Shown one piece after another: positions 42,320 to 57,137 of a DNA stretch of 64,000 nucleotides. The notes under the pieces were generated by a model, which worked only from the letters and a program-made list of their open reading frames with translations, was not told the DNA's origin and did not search any database. Every line of letters starts with the position of its first letter. Within the stretch, counting starts at the first letter, position 1. A program made the position numbers and the translations under genes. Source of the stretch: Octopus vulgaris (Eukaryota); contig OX597825.1 of assembly GCA_951406725.2 (NCBI GenBank), positions 23,994,001-24,058,000 on the forward strand, in the 5' to 3' direction.

Positions 42320-42744
42320 ATATATATGCATGTGTATATATATTCATGGATAGGTATGCATGCACACACATATATATACATAAATTTATAAAAAGATATG
42401 CATGTATATACAGGAATATGTGTGTGTCTGTGTACACGTATATTCATGTATTGATATATATTATATATATGTGTCTACGTCCACACACATTTACAGATAC
42501 TTTCGTAGACACACATACGCATATAAAATAAAATGGCATACTTCCGTTGATTTTACCAACCGGTTTCCTACAGAGAAGATGGTACGAAGCACATAGGAAC
42601 AATATGTGTGAAAACATATTGAGCTATGAATGGTCTTTTCGGAACGTGTAACGCAAGAGTTTTCTCGTCGTAATGCTTCATTCGCTACAAAAACGGAATC
42701 AATCCCTCACAGCCCTGTAAACCAAAGGTGTTCGTATATATATA

Positions 42745-42785
<41 letters not shown>

Positions 42786-42872
42786 ATTTACATTTAGATA
42801 TAACTGGGGTACTTATGTGTACACATTACTCTTACTTCTGCTTGTAAGTATTTCATTTATTTCTTATCGTAT

Positions 42873-42931
42873 TTTCTACTGAAGAGGGAAAGATCCATAG
42901 GATTAATCTCGAAATTGATTCACTATAGAAA
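42873..42931 (+). ncRNA. Type-I hammerhead-like motif followed by AATAAA (Penelope pLTR-like remnant)
   Basis: TTTCTA-CTGAAGA-G...C-GAAA-TTGATTCAC-TA-TAGAAA: 6-bp stem I and G-C-closed stem II; lies between (TA)n tracts. Confidence 0.55.
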
Positions 42932-43914
42932 TAAAGAATTAAAAAAACATTCTGTTAGACTGCTTTCCTTGATTTCAGCACGATTTAAAGTGAATGTATA
43001 TTGTAATGTGGTGTTCTCAGCATATTGGTATAGAAATATTTTTTCCTTTGCCCTTATTTATAAATTGTTTATAATTTTCACCTTAAAAAGTATTTTGATA
43101 TGCTGCGACTTTTGATGAAATTTTTTCCGGAAAATTTTTTATCCGTGGTGCTATTAAGTTAGACATGGCCTGGGCCAATAATGGCCGAAACCTATCAAAG
43201 TATCAAAGTATATTAGTAGTAAATATATATATATATATATATATATATAACAACAGCATATAGTATATATTTTTTATGTGCTAAGATTGATCAACCTGAA
43301 ATTATGTAGCCGGAGGTGCACAAAACAGTGTTATATGAAATATGTGTGGCCATTCATATTTCGAACGCGATGATATTCTCGGGTGTATTTCCACAGGAAA
43401 AGGTTTTCCCATATCTGAGAGTAAATGAACGTGTTAAATATAATGTGTGCGCGTGCGCACACACACACACACACACGCACGCACACACACACATAGACAT
43501 ATATATAAGTGAGAGATATGGCCCTTCTCTTTGTCTCATTGTATTTAGTTATGTCCCGTTTTACATTCTTAATTCACTTCCTACATAGGATCGTTTTCCT
43601 TTTAATTATTTTGATGTCGCTAAATATGTACCAGTTACATATTGGGATTAATTTATTGGACTATCCCCTAACCACCTTTAACTTTCCTTTTGAACAGAGA
43701 GAAAATTCCAAGAGTGAAGACTTTCTAGGATGAAGGATTTGGTGTAGCAGTGTGTGTGTGTGTAGGGCCTGGTTATGAAACGTAATATGGGTGATGAGAT
43801 GAGAAAAAACAAGCGTGTCAGTTGTGCTTAGAAGAATTGCTACTTCTAAGCGGACTCCAGACAGCTCAGAGGAGTCTAGTTGAAGGAATAGAGTTTAATA
43901 TATAAGTGGTAATA

Positions 43915-44125
43915 AAGCGGTAAGCTGGTGGAAACTGTAGTGCGCCGGACAAAAACATTAGTGGCATTTCGTCCGTCTTTTCGTTCTGAGTTCAAATTTC
44001 GCTGAGGGTGACTTTACCTATTCAGCCTTTCGGAGGGTCGATAAAATAAGTACAAGTTGAGCGGTCGATGTAATCAACTAGATCTTATTCCAAAATTGCT
44101 GGCCTTGTACCGAAATTTGAAGCCA
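43915..44125 (+). mobile_element. Diverged SINE B
   Basis: ATTTCGTCCGTCTTTTCGTTCTGAGTTCAAATTTC core. Confidence 0.7.
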
Positions 44126-44254
44126 ATATATAACTGGCGTTTGTTTTATGAATTTAGGGGAGTTAGAAGGCGTTTATGGTGTGTAAATGAATATTGTAAT
44201 ACAATAGGTCAGACACTTTTTCTTTTTTCCTGCTACATTTTTGCTTAAGATATA

Positions 44255-44645
44255 TGCAGGAGTGGCTGTGTGGTAAGTAGCTTGTTTACCAACCACATGG
44301 TTCCGAGTTCAGTCCCACTGCATGGCAAGTGTCTTCTACTATAGCCTCGGGCCAACCAAAGCCTTGTGAGTGGATTTGGTAGACGGAAACTGAAAGAAGC
44401 CCGTCGTATATATGTATATATATATGTGCGTGTATGTTTGTATGTCTCTGCTTGTCCCCCCAACATCGCTTGACAACCGATGCTGGTGTGTTTATGTCCC
44501 CGTCACTTAGTGGTTCGGCAAAAAAGACCGATAGAATAAGTACTGGGCTTACAAAGAATAAGTCCCGAGGTCGAGTTGCTCGATTAAAGGCGGTGCTCCA
44601 GCATGACCGCAGTCAAATGACTGAAACAAGTAAAAAAGTAAAGTG
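44255..44645 (+). mobile_element. SINE A with a small internal deletion
   Basis: Head to tail present; lacks the ACCTTGG block. Confidence 0.9.
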
Positions 44646-45934
44646 TATATATAATATCTCGTGTATATATTTGTACGTGTCGGTGTTTGTGTATGTGTGT
44701 GTATGTGTGTGTGTACGTGTTTATTTTTAAATATTGCCGTTTTATTCGATTCCAGTATAGTGCTAGCAGAGATTAATGACAGGTTTAGGCAACTTAATTG
44801 ATGACAGCAACGGATTGTTAATGGACCTTGCAATAAAGTACTACTCTTCCCCCTCTGGATCTCAAGTGTTCGTAGGGTTGACCTTCACATATGACCCTGA
44901 TGAAGCTAAATCTCGTTAAAATGTCGTTGTAACTGCTCAGTTAGCTTTTCAGTTGGGTTAAAATTAATTCCGACCTTCATCCGACGTTAACGACCCTTAA
45001 AACAGTAAATTATATTATCTTTCAATAACAATTTACTATCAGACCGACCCAAAAACCCTTTACCATCGAGAAAGCGAACCTAAATCATGGGCTTTAAAAA
45101 ACAATTAGCTTAGTTGAGTGTCTCATCATCTCTGACACGCATATGTTGTGACGTTTCAGTTGTTTCGAGTCATTACCCTTTACCTGAGATTTCTTGACTG
45201 CTAACGGCAGGAAGAAAAATAGGCTTTGTTAGCGTTAGTTTTCCTTGGCAATAGACGAAAAGCTCTTTGTTGTAATCTATAAAAAGAGAGTCATGCAATG
45301 GTTTTTATTTTTAAACTGCAACTATGGCACAGCTACACAGATGTTCACTTAGCAACTCGCATCTCCAAATATCTATATAGACACAATAGAAGTTATGCAA
45401 CAAAAAAAAGAGAGAAATAGAGAAAAGTTAGGAAGATGAGAAACTATATTGAACTTTTCTTGCAATACAACATTGGAGTAGTATTGCTGTCTCTGGTGTA
45501 CTGAAACTTCAATGTGATGGGGAAACACGGCAACATCGTGAACAATGACTCATTTTCCACTTGGGAACCTCAGCCTCCACTGTAAGAATATCCACCCAGA
45601 ATTTCATCGATTCATATTTTACTGTTACAATATAAATATTGGTTTACGTAGACACAAATGCTACATTATATAAAATATTTAAATTGGGAACATAACCTAT
45701 ATGTTGTTCTAGACAGCTTTTGGTCAAATTCAATCAAAGCAGACATTCACGTCATTTCAGTGGTATCTGGGACTAGATAATCTGCGAAAATACAAATCAC
45801 GCTTATTGGGGTTTTCTTCCTTACCCTATACTTCCTTATCACTGTTAAGATTTCTGATCCTCGAGCAGTGCTTAGTCGGCGGTGCTTGTTCTGTTACAAG
45901 CATCAAGGGCATATGTAGTCCCTTTCAAAATTAT

Positions 45935-46148
45935 GTGGTAAGAAGCTTGCTTCCCAACTACGTGGTTCTAGAAGTTCGGTCTCACCGCGTAGCATCTTGG
46001 GCAAGTTTCTTCTGCGATAGCCTCAGGCCGACCAAAACTTTGTAATTGGATTTGGTAGACGGAAACTGAAAGAATCCCATCGTATGCATATATATATACA
46101 TATATATCATATGTGTGTGTATCTGTATAAATATATATATACATACAT

Positions 46149-46208
<60 letters not shown>

Positions 46209-46410
46209 TATATATATATACATACATGTATGTATATTGTATGTGTTAATCTGTATGTATATATACATTTGTGTCTGTGTTTGTGTTTGTCCCCACACCA
46301 TCGCTTGACAACCTAGCAATTCGGCAAAAGGGTAAGGTAGAATAAGTACTAGGCTTACAAAGAATAAGTCCCGGGGTCAAATGACTGTAAAAAGTAAAAG
46401 AATAAAGAAT
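45935..46410 (+). mobile_element. Diverged SINE A with expanded internal microsatellite
   Basis: GGATTTGGTAGACGGAAACTGAAAGAA and AAGTACTAGGCTTACAAAGAATAAGTCC. Confidence 0.75.
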
Positions 46411-46954
46411 ATTATCTGGTATTCTCATCTCCATAGGCTGCTCTATATTCCTACCTCTCTTCCTCCTCCTCTCCCTCCCTCTCTTTCTCTCTTCCTCTTT
46501 TTCTATTGCTGTCTCGCTTTTCTTTGGTCGACTTACAAATTTCAATGCAGATTCCAATTGAAGAATTTTCCTTAATTCCGGTAATTCACCTACTTATCAA
46601 TTCCGTGATCCTTTTATATCAGGAATTCGTCTTCACCTTTCCTAAATGACTCTTGCTATCGTTTGAACTTAAACACTTTTATTTTTCTTTACTTTTCAGT
46701 TTCTTTTATCATCTCTGTTTCCTTCTTCTACTTTGATAACTTTCCTGGGTCCCAGTAAGCTGTGTTCAAATCCCAATGAAATCAGCTTTGGCATGCGTCC
46801 ATTTAGGCTTCGGTAAATATAAGACTGGTTCAATCTTGATACTCTCCGCTCTCAATTAAGCTGTTACATTGTGGATGTTCCACTGGGCCAAGAGTAAGAG
46901 TGGCGAAGAGGTTACTGTGCTTGGCCGTGATTGCATGGAGACATGCAGCAATTA

Positions 46955-46964
46955 GAGTAGTAGC

Positions 46965-47012
<48 letters not shown>

Positions 47013-47305
47013 TGTAGTAGTAGTAAGCAGAAGATGAAAGATTGAATTCAAGTGAAAGAAAAAGAAAACCGAATGGGGAGAAAAACAAAAAAGATAACGC
47101 GATGAAAATTCAGAGCAGGAGGCGCATGAAGAAGGAGGAGGAGGAGGAGGAGGAGAAGAAGAAAGAAAGAAGAAGAAGAAGAAGAAGAAGAAGAAGAAGA
47201 AGGAGGAGGAGAAGAAGAAGAAGAAGAAGAAGAAGAAGAAGAAGAAGAAAGAGGAGGAGGAGGAGAAGAAGAAGAAGAAGAAGAAGAAGAGGAAGAGGAA
47301 GAAGA
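46955..47305. repeat. (TAG)n and (GAA/GAG)n tracts around a block homologous to 16131-16212
   Basis: Directly visible; shared GAAGATGAAAGAT and GAGCAGGAGG. Confidence 0.85.
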
Positions 47306-47843
47306 AGAGTCTAGACAAACGACACGAGTACTTGATGCAATCTAATGACATTCCCGGCGAAACTTCAACGACACTCTCAACAAAATTATGTGTGTGTGCG
47401 CTTGTGTCTGAGTGTGTATGTATGTACCGATGTACATTATTCACGTTCAGTATAATCTCAACAACAAAAAGAACATTTGATATCATCCAAAAAAGGATTT
47501 AGTTGACATTTTATATCTCTACCTGTGATAGATTCATTTTCACAAACGCAACATTGAAAAAAATTCCAAATAAAACCAAATATAAATATTGAAATTGTTT
47601 CTTTGTATATTGTATACTATCGATACATCTCTTGATACATCACTGCAAATACTAAATTTATTTATAGTTATATTTTATGCTTACCTATGAATAGTGATGG
47701 TATGCTGTGATATATACCAAACTCTCGGCTTAAAATAAAGCTTCGATTTCCTAGTTTCTACAATTCCGAGCGGAAAACAGAAAATTCCTTTTAACGCAAA
47801 ATTCTCTGCAGTTCAACAGTTTGTCAGAAAACATGTAACGTTA

Positions 47844-47962
<119 letters not shown>

Positions 47963-47977
47963 ATCTATCTATCTATC

Positions 47978-48038
<61 letters not shown>

Positions 48039-48097
48039 TTATATATATATATACATATTTATATATATATATACATATTTATATATATATATATACA

Positions 48098-48138
<41 letters not shown>

Positions 48139-48896
48139 GTATTTATATATATATATATACGTATTTATATATATATATATACGTATTTATATATATATTT
48201 ATATATTTATATATATATATATATATATATAAATATATATATAAATAAACATACGCGCGTATATATATATAAGCATACGCGTGTATATATATATATATAC
48301 ATACATACAAACTCACACGACACACACTCAAGCGCACAAACACACACACACGTATATAATGTAGGTATTCTTGTATGCCTTTTTATGCATTTATATATAT
48401 ATTTATGCATATTGATTCAATATGCGTTGATCTTAAATTCTTTATATGTGTCAATATTTCTATTGATATTCTATCAATAACGTTATGTGGTTTACTTCTG
48501 ACCAATATGACAACATTGTAAAATAAATGCTGAATTCTAAAGCACAATAAAAAACTGAGAGTAAGAATCTAATACGTTTCGTTAATAGCGAGTCCCTTGA
48601 AACTACGGTTACAGAGATCACAGAGAAAGATCACGCTTTTATGTAACTTGTTAACAAGTCAGCTTTTTTTTAACCATTCCATTAGGAAGCTACACACTCA
48701 AATAGAGCTGATACTATTGTTGTTGCTGATGTTAATTCGAGAGAAGTATTTTGCTGCTATTTCTAGCAGGGCAAATAACTACGCAGATGTAATCCTCGTT
48801 GACGGAAACTCAGCTCTGAGAATTCAAAGAATACTAGTCCTCATTCAATAGTCAGAAATTCGCGAAAGATCGCAGGAAGCTATATTTCGTAACTAA

Positions 48897-49288
48897 TCTT
48901 TCTATATATAAAACTGAAGTTGTCTGTGTACTGCAGGTTTGGTAGCCTTCAACTAACACTATCTCCTCCGCGACCCTGCATCGCATGTTGACCAAAATTA
49001 AAAGTATGATAAAAGAAGGCTTGCTCTTCCTTCCGTGTAAGAGAAAATTCAAATCGGACCATGTTAACACCAAAAATTATTAACATCAAAAAGGTGCTTT
49101 TTTTTCTATGAAAATCCTTGTTTTTTACGATTTCCTTACTGATGTGTCGCCATTTTTCGGTGTATTTCAACCAGAAAATGTTCACATAAAGAGTATAACA
49201 AGCTATATGATGCAAAATTTTTACTTTTCAAAAATTCCAATTCTAAAGGGTCGAAACAAACCCGAGCAACGCCGGGCAATACTGCTAG
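48897..49288 (+). mobile_element. Complete 392-bp non-autonomous Helitron
   Basis: A|TCTTTCTATATATAAAA 5' end; hairpin CCCGAGCAACGCCGGG (49261-49276); CTAG|T 3' end; inserted in an AT dinucleotide with no TSD. Confidence 0.85.
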
Positions 49289-50672
49289 TAATGATAGAAG
49301 CTAATTTGAATTGGTTTCTTTTGTATTGTGCTTTATATCAATCAATTCTTCGAAAGTAGAACTGCGAGTCGTAATTATAGAATAACGACTTTTGTAGCTG
49401 GTTTGATCTGGTTTATTTACTCGATAGAAAAGGAAACATATCATAGATAAGGCACAAATAATTTTTATTCAAAAGCTGAAGGTTCTGGCTACGTGAACAA
49501 ATTATTTCAAGTAATTTAATTAATCTCAAATCGAAGGGAAAACTATGAAATCATTCAATGCTGAGAAAAAATTATGGAATCATTAATAAAAACAAAGTTC
49601 TTAATTGCTTCTTCGTTATTCTTCCTCGGGCTTTTTATGGCGATTTGAATACTTTGAGGAATGGTTTTCAGTTATAAGAATAGGAATCCCAATCAAAATG
49701 TTCCAAATTTCTCGAATAGTTGTTGACAGAATTGTGCATTACTTTATATTTTTAAATATCCACCATACAATTTCAGTCCTTTCTCAGATCTGCCGTCTTT
49801 GCTTGCGATGTCATTAAATTGATATGATTTTCCTCAAGTAACATTTTAACGTTCATTGCTTTCTGTTAGAGTCATTACGATCCTGAGAAATGACTTTATA
49901 ATCGCCAAACCTATTTTCTATCGATAGAATGAGAAAAAACCTGCCAAATGTCAATGTACGCCTATTTACTGCCTGGGAAATGAACGCCACCCACTCTTAG
50001 GCAATCGTAGCAGCACTGTCTTGATAAACGGTGTCTTTAGCGTCGAAACCTGATGGAGTTCATCCCTTTCTAGATTTCATCGCTGCTAATTTCTTCCGGA
50101 AAAATAAAAGAGTTAAAATTACGTGCATTGGTACGCCTGAACCTTGGCAAACCAATACCAGCAAGGAAGAAGAGCAGAGATGTTCAAGAAGTTCACTACT
50201 TTAGAATTTTATGACTTTAGCGGTGTCCACTGTACTACAAGCATTCGGACTTGGCCTAAAACTAAAAGATACCTTCCTCCCTTTTTTTCTTCCTTCTTTC
50301 TTACTAGTTTAGAAGAGCATAAAAATGGCTGAGTGTGATGAATTTCTTCCTCTGAGTAAACAGCGTTACACATGCACTAAATCTAATCGATGGAATTGAT
50401 GTTTAAATTCTATGTTTCATTTAAAAGGAAATAAATTCATGTGCTAACGAAATTGAAGTTTAAACTGGTTAAATGTATAAATGATAATGAACGCAAAAAC
50501 CTTGCTTCTAAGCATCATATTGCATGAATATTTGATTAGTTTATATATTTCGTCACATAGCACTTCACGATACAAACACATTTCTACATATTGTTCGCAA
50601 TTTGACGAAACATTGGAAAGTGAAATATCTTGTCACTAATATAAATACACACACATACGCACGCACACAAAA

Positions 50673-50759
50673 ATAGATAGATAGATATGTAGGTAGGGAG
50701 GTAGGTAGGTAGATAGGCGTGTAGGTAGTAGATAGATAGATAGATAGATAAATAGATAA

Positions 50760-50830
<71 letters not shown>

Positions 50831-50879
50831 TGTAGGTAGGTAGGTAGGTAGGTAGGTAGGTAGGTAGGCATGTAGGTAG

Positions 50880-50966
<87 letters not shown>

Positions 50967-51040
50967 GCAGATAGATGGGTAGGTAGATAGATAGATAGGT
51001 AGATAGATAGATACAGTAGATAGATAGATATGTAGGTAGA
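50673..51040. repeat. (GATA)n/(GGTA)n compound microsatellite
   Basis: Directly visible. Confidence 0.95.
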
Positions 51041-51639
51041 TATATAACCAAGCAAAAAAAAAAGAAAAGAAAAAATACAAGCTAAACTTCAGACAGGTTC
51101 TCTTCCCACCTCTCTTCCCAAATGCCACTTTTCAGAAGGATATAATTAAGCATTGATTGGCAAAGGAAATTACTTTTGTGACGAAGTAAAGCGATTAAGC
51201 AAACGCAAATGGTGAAACAAAAACAACTGAAAAAAAATAAATTAAAGAACATGGCACGAAAAGTATGATAATTGTTACATAAAATACAACAGCAACAACA
51301 ACAATCACAACAATAGCGACAACAACAACAACAATTGCAGTAAGAGGAATTCAATGAAAAATAAGTTAGAATTAATGAAAGGTAGTTAGTTAAACGATAC
51401 TATTCAAATGGAAACGGTTCCTTTTATTTTTTTTTTTTTAATTATTTTAATTTTATACCTTGCAAAAACGATTAAAGCATGACTTGACTTAAAATCCAGC
51501 GTCATTCCTCGTATAACCTTTGAATAGGTCATGATGTAATTCTCATAGCGAATCACAGAAGAGGTGTGTCTTTGAAATTCTTCAATTCTTCAGAATCTCT
51601 TGTTCAGACTCTGCAAGTCGCGTTTCGTTCGTGTAGCGA

Positions 51640-51645
51640 CTACTG

Positions 51646-51688
<43 letters not shown>

Positions 51689-51727
51689 TACTACTACTAC
51701 TATCACCACCACCACTGCCACCACCAA

Positions 51728-51768
<41 letters not shown>

Positions 51769-51885
51769 TTACTACTACTACTACCACCACTGCCACCACT
51801 ATACCAACACCAACACTACTACTACTACTACTACTACCACTACTGCTGCTGCTGCTGCTGCTACTGCTACTGCTACTGCTGCAAC
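51640..51885. repeat. (TAC)n/(CAC)n/(TGC)n microsatellite
   Basis: Directly visible. Confidence 0.95.
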
Positions 51886-52009
51886 TAGATGCATAATCAA
51901 AACTGATGCTACTAGCATACCGAACCAAGATTTCTGCAATTACAACCGAAACCACCACTACCACTAACAACAAAACCACCACCTCTCCTCCTCCTACTAT
52001 TTCTACTAC

Positions 52010-52142
52010 GTAATTTATCGACCCCGAAAGGATGAAAGGCAAAGTCGACCTCGGCGGAATTTGAACTCAGAACCTAAAGACAGACGAAATACTGCTAAGC
52101 ATTTCGCCCGGCTTGCTAACATTTCTGCCAGCTCGCCGCCTT
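52010..52142 (-). mobile_element. SINE B 5' half
   Basis: CGACCCCGAAAGGATGAAAGGCAAAGTCGACC...CTGCCAGCTCGCCGCCTT. Confidence 0.85.
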
Positions 52143-52143
52143 A

Positions 52144-52223
<80 letters not shown>

Positions 52224-52224
<1 letters not shown>

Positions 52225-52705
52225 TGCCCTGATGCAGTACCAGGCAGTGGCTCTCGTGGCTTCTGATGCTCAATACCACAGATTTGCTTGTCAGTTGTTT
52301 GACCTTAACCAGCTGAGCATGTCCCTTAGTGGCTGACGATATGTGCATTTCTGATCACGAGCAGAAGTAGTGGGGGAGCATCATAGTCATGTGTTGAGAG
52401 GGATTCTTTGGGGTTTGGATAATTCACCTTTGGAAACATGGGTGCTTCGTTCAACATCCTTAAACAACCCTTATTCAGGGATCTTTTGAGCGGGATGGGC
52501 TACTCGACCTGAAGAAAATTTTAATTGGGCTCCACCTGCAAGGTCATGCGCTGTTCATCTTGATATGAGATCGCTATGTCGCGCACATCTGGTTGGGATG
52601 CATGTATGGTGTACCCTTATCAGACGGGTAGTCATTATGGGTATACTGGGCTACGTCTATTTTACCCCAGTTTCACTTTGATAGCATGCACTGCTCTCTC
52701 ACTCA
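52224..52705. mobile_element. About 480-bp GC-richer insert embedded in (AAT)n
   Basis: Sharp composition change with (AAT)n on the left and AATAATGATAATAAT on the right; single copy here. Confidence 0.4.
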
Positions 52706-52757
52706 ATGAAAATAATGATAATAATTCATTTTCCAGGAAAAAATAAATGAATAATGA

Positions 52758-53170
52758 ACAGGAGTGGCTGTGTGGTAAGTAGCTTGCTAACCAAACACAT
52801 GGTTCCGGGTTCAGTCCCACTGCGTGGCATCTTGGGCAAGTGTCTTCTGCTATAGCCCCGGGCCGACCAATGCCTTGTGAGTGGATTTGGTAGACGGAAA
52901 CTGAAAGAAGCCTGTCGTATATATGTATATGTATGTATGTGTGTGTGGGTATTTGTGTGTCTGTGTTTGTCCCCCTAGCATTGCTTGACAACCGATGCTG
53001 GTGTGTTTACGTCCTCGTCACTTAGCGGTTCGGCAAAAGAGACCGATAGAATAAGTACTGGGCTTACAAAGAATAAGTCCCGGGGTCGATTTGCTCGACT
53101 AAAGTCGGTGCTCCAGCATGGCCGCAGTCAAATGACTGAAACAAGTAAAAGAGTAAAAGAGTAAAGAGAG
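52758..53170 (+). mobile_element. SINE A, full length
   Basis: Head to (GAGTAAAA)n tail. Confidence 0.9.
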
Positions 53171-53980
53171 CTACCTACTAAAACGCAGATTTTTCTCAGT
53201 TCATAGTAATTTACGATGTAAAAAATGAATTCTGATTGGACGTAGTTTAAGACAGCTAAATACGTCAGTGGTTTATAGGACCTTACAGTGTAGGAAAAGA
53301 TTGACGAGAAAGATGTATTGCTTAATGATCCAGTCAGATGTTTTATAGTAGATTTAGTGAGTCTCCTAATATGGCTGGCGATACAGAGTTGTTACGAAGA
53401 AGAACACGGATATCTGTTGATCTGTTGATAAACAAAATATTTATTCTCTTCTTAAAGAAAATGTTGTTGTTACTACGAACTACCGAACACCGAGAGTTTG
53501 AATATTATTGCGCTTGGATTGTTGTGATAGTAGCGGGAGTCAAAATATTAGGTGGTGGTCGACGTCCTGTCTGCCCTCTGTTTGCCATTCTGTTGTCAGC
53601 CTGGGTAAGCTGCGGTCCGCTGTCTATTCGCCATTTTGTCTGTGTTGTCTAAGTAGCTATGGTGTGCTGAATTTATTGTGATTAGTGTTAGAAAGAAGCG
53701 CTCCACATGATGAAATAGTAGTTGGAGCCACTTCTACGGCAAGTCTTGAGTCGTCAGATGTTTTTCGATTACATGGACAATATTCTAGCGAATCATAACA
53801 TCGGATTTAGTGATCTGACTGCTAAATATTCCTGGTTTAGAGCAATGGAAGATTAGTCAATATTAGATATGAAAAATCACATGCTACATGCATACACACA
53901 TCCATACATACATTAATACACACACACACATATATATACATACATACATATATATATATGTGTATATATATGTATGTATG

Positions 53981-54026
<46 letters not shown>

Positions 54027-54029
<3 letters not shown>

Positions 54030-54330
54030 ATACAAGAACGAAATACGTATATTTAGAAAATAAATACATATATACAAGCATATACACATTTACATATATT
54101 GCCAAATAAATTTACCTTTACATGGAGCATAAAAATACTGAAGTGTAAGAAAAGAACGCATAGTTTTTTTTTTAACTCGACAGCTGTTTCTGGGAGCTTG
54201 GAATTACGTGCTATTCATAATGTTCACAATGTACAGATGGAGTATACAACAAGCCATGGATAGTCAAAAAGCAGGGTGTCGCATAGGGACATTACCGTAA
54301 GTCTAGTTTCCTTCATCAGAAAGAAAAATT
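54027..54330 (-). mobile_element. (TA)n-adjacent element with a split hammerhead-like core; partial copy at 62225-62346
   Basis: Minus strand CTGATGA-AGG ... more than 100 nt ... CCA-GAAAC-AGCT-GTC; about 54065-54183 is duplicated at 62225-62346. Confidence 0.45.
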
Positions 54331-54879
54331 GTCAAACAAGATGATCTCGCAGCTGCTGTTGTAATAATGTATATGAGCTCAGCAGCAACAATGGTAGAAG
54401 CGATTGTTAACTGTTTTGTATGTCCTGAGATTTCATTAAAAATATCTTTAAAATATTATTGCATCCTGTTGATATCTTACTAAATACTAAACACTGGCTT
54501 AATTGGGTTTTGGTATTTACATTAAGTTCAGAACAGTTTTAAATTTCGCTTGCATTGTTTATGCAGTAATATTGAAACTTCATATTTCTCTTATATTTTT
54601 CAATAATTGAATTGAGACCGACATTTTGCTATTTCGCGTTCTGTCATGGCCGATATCATAAATCTTAATGCACCGCTGTTAACCTATCTACCAGGTCATC
54701 TTTGTATGTCAATCAAACTGTCTAGCTGGATGACAGACTCGTTGTCTCTCTTTTTCTTTCTTTTGTGTATTATGTTTCTCTCTTTCCTTTTTGATTTGTT
54801 CATTCGCTCAATGTGTCTTCCATTTTCTTCTCTTTCTTACTTACTCTCTCCCAATATATGTATATAAATATATATATAC

Positions 54880-54915
<36 letters not shown>

Positions 54916-55009
54916 ATACACATACATATAAATAGATGTGTGTATTGTTCTCTTGTTAACAATTAACAATAAATTCCATTTTTTATATACATATATATGT
55001 AATATATAA

Positions 55010-55047
<38 letters not shown>

Positions 55048-55048
55048 C

Positions 55049-55081
<33 letters not shown>

Positions 55082-55082
55082 C

Positions 55083-55121
<39 letters not shown>

Positions 55122-55153
55122 CATATGTATATATATATATACATATACATATG

Positions 55154-55187
<34 letters not shown>

Positions 55188-55195
55188 ACATATAC

Positions 55196-55319
<124 letters not shown>

Positions 55320-56552
55320 GATAGATAAATAGATATATATAGAGAGATATATATTTATATATGTATAAGGCTGTGTGGTAAGAAGTTTGCTACCGGACTA
55401 CGTGGTTCAGGGTTCAATCCAACTGCGTGGCACCTTAGTAATCAGAAAATATAAAATTGTTGGCAAATAGTTACTTGCACATTGGCATAGCAGTGCAAAC
55501 GCATAAACGATTTCACTTAATTTAAACATATTTAATAACTAATTTCTTAAATCGGTTTTGGGATTATTCCAAAACTTCTCTTTTAGGTCGACCATTGTAT
55601 GTCACACTCCGTATAGGCGTTTGGCCGGATCCTGGGAGAGGATCCCGACCACCGTTGACTCTCACCTGCGCTTTCACTCCTAATGTGAAAGGTGATTGAA
55701 GAAGTCGATTAGTATGACCTCAAGAAATCAGTCAATGTTAACAACACATCAATGGCTCGCGTCTCAAGAAAAGCAAACACCACCATCTCATATGCTACCA
55801 GAATTGCCAGATACGAACAACATCATATACACAGTACAAGTCTGTAGCTAACGCACCTCTCGCTTTGATCAACATAGGCAACAATTTTGTAGTTCTATTC
55901 TAATAAAACATTATTTTTAAGTCATACTAAAAAATGTTCCGGAGCGATTAATGTGTATGTTTATATATGTCTATGTGTGTGTGTGTAAATAAATAAATAT
56001 ATATATATGTATGTACGTATGAATGTATGTATGTATGTATATATATATATGTGTGTGTATATATATATATATATATCTATATATACACACACAGGCATAT
56101 ATACACATGTGTATGTATGCATGTGTGTATATGTATGTACGTATGTATCTCTGTATGTTGTATGTATGTGTGTATCTATGTATGTGCGTGTATATATATA
56201 TGTGTATGTATGCATTTGTGTATATATGTATGTGTGTATATATGTGTGTGTATTTATGTACGTAAGTATGTATGTATATATGTATGTGTGTATATATGTG
56301 TGTGTATTTAGGTATGTATGTTTGTATGTATATGTATATATATATACTTATGTATAAGTATGTTTGTATGTATGTATGTTAGTCCGTTCTTATACATGTA
56401 AACTGCTTGTTCTTATTAGGATTTTCCATATTTACGTATAAGTCACTTCCAATTTGTTTTGTACAGTAAATGATAGACAGACAGATAGACAGACAGGCAG
56501 GTGGGCAGATACACACACATACAGATATATAGATACATTGAAATAATATTAA

Positions 56553-56868
56553 TCTATAATATAAATCTGACATGGGCGATCGTTGTATTCTTTCTTGTCT
56601 TGGGGTTCCCAGCCAAACGGCTGGGTGGATGCACGTGGAAAAAGGGCACACATGTGGAGACGGGTGCATATATTGGAATGCAGTTTGTATTTTTTTCCTA
56701 GCTCCTATAGTTACAGAGAAAATCGATTAAAACTTTTCTAATATAATTCCCCTGTTTGTTCCGCCAAAATGATAAGGCTGAGAAACTCTGTTATAGATTA
56801 TGTCTAACGGAAAACGATCACAGCCACATCATCCAAACAAACCGGGTGAAACCGAGCTTAGCTGCTAG
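56553..56868 (+). mobile_element. Complete 316-bp non-autonomous Helitron
   Basis: A|TCTATAATATAAATCTG 5' end, internal CCAGCC-AAAC-GGCTGG hairpin, degenerate subterminal hairpin CCGGGTGAAACCGAG, CTAG|T. Confidence 0.75.
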
Positions 56869-56872
56869 TCTG

Positions 56873-56938
<66 letters not shown>

Positions 56939-56941
<3 letters not shown>

Positions 56942-57137
56942 AAGAGTTTACGAAAAAACAAAAGACGAAGACAGGTGGTGTACAAAACAAACAGATGTAT
57001 TAGTATAGCGCTCAGGAATAGAAAAAGTCTTTTATGTTTCGAGCCTACGCTCTTCTACGCAAAGGGACACAGAAAAAACAAGGAGAGAAACAAGGAGAGA
57101 AAAAATGTGTGTAGTGGCTAACGATCTATCATGGCGA
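56939..57137 (-). mobile_element. Family E element
   Basis: Third copy, with (TA)n on both sides; motif at 57029-57064. Confidence 0.75.

Noticed and set aside
53480-53660. Possible APE endonuclease remnant (minus strand WQTEGRQDVDHHLIF)
   Set aside because: Single weak motif.
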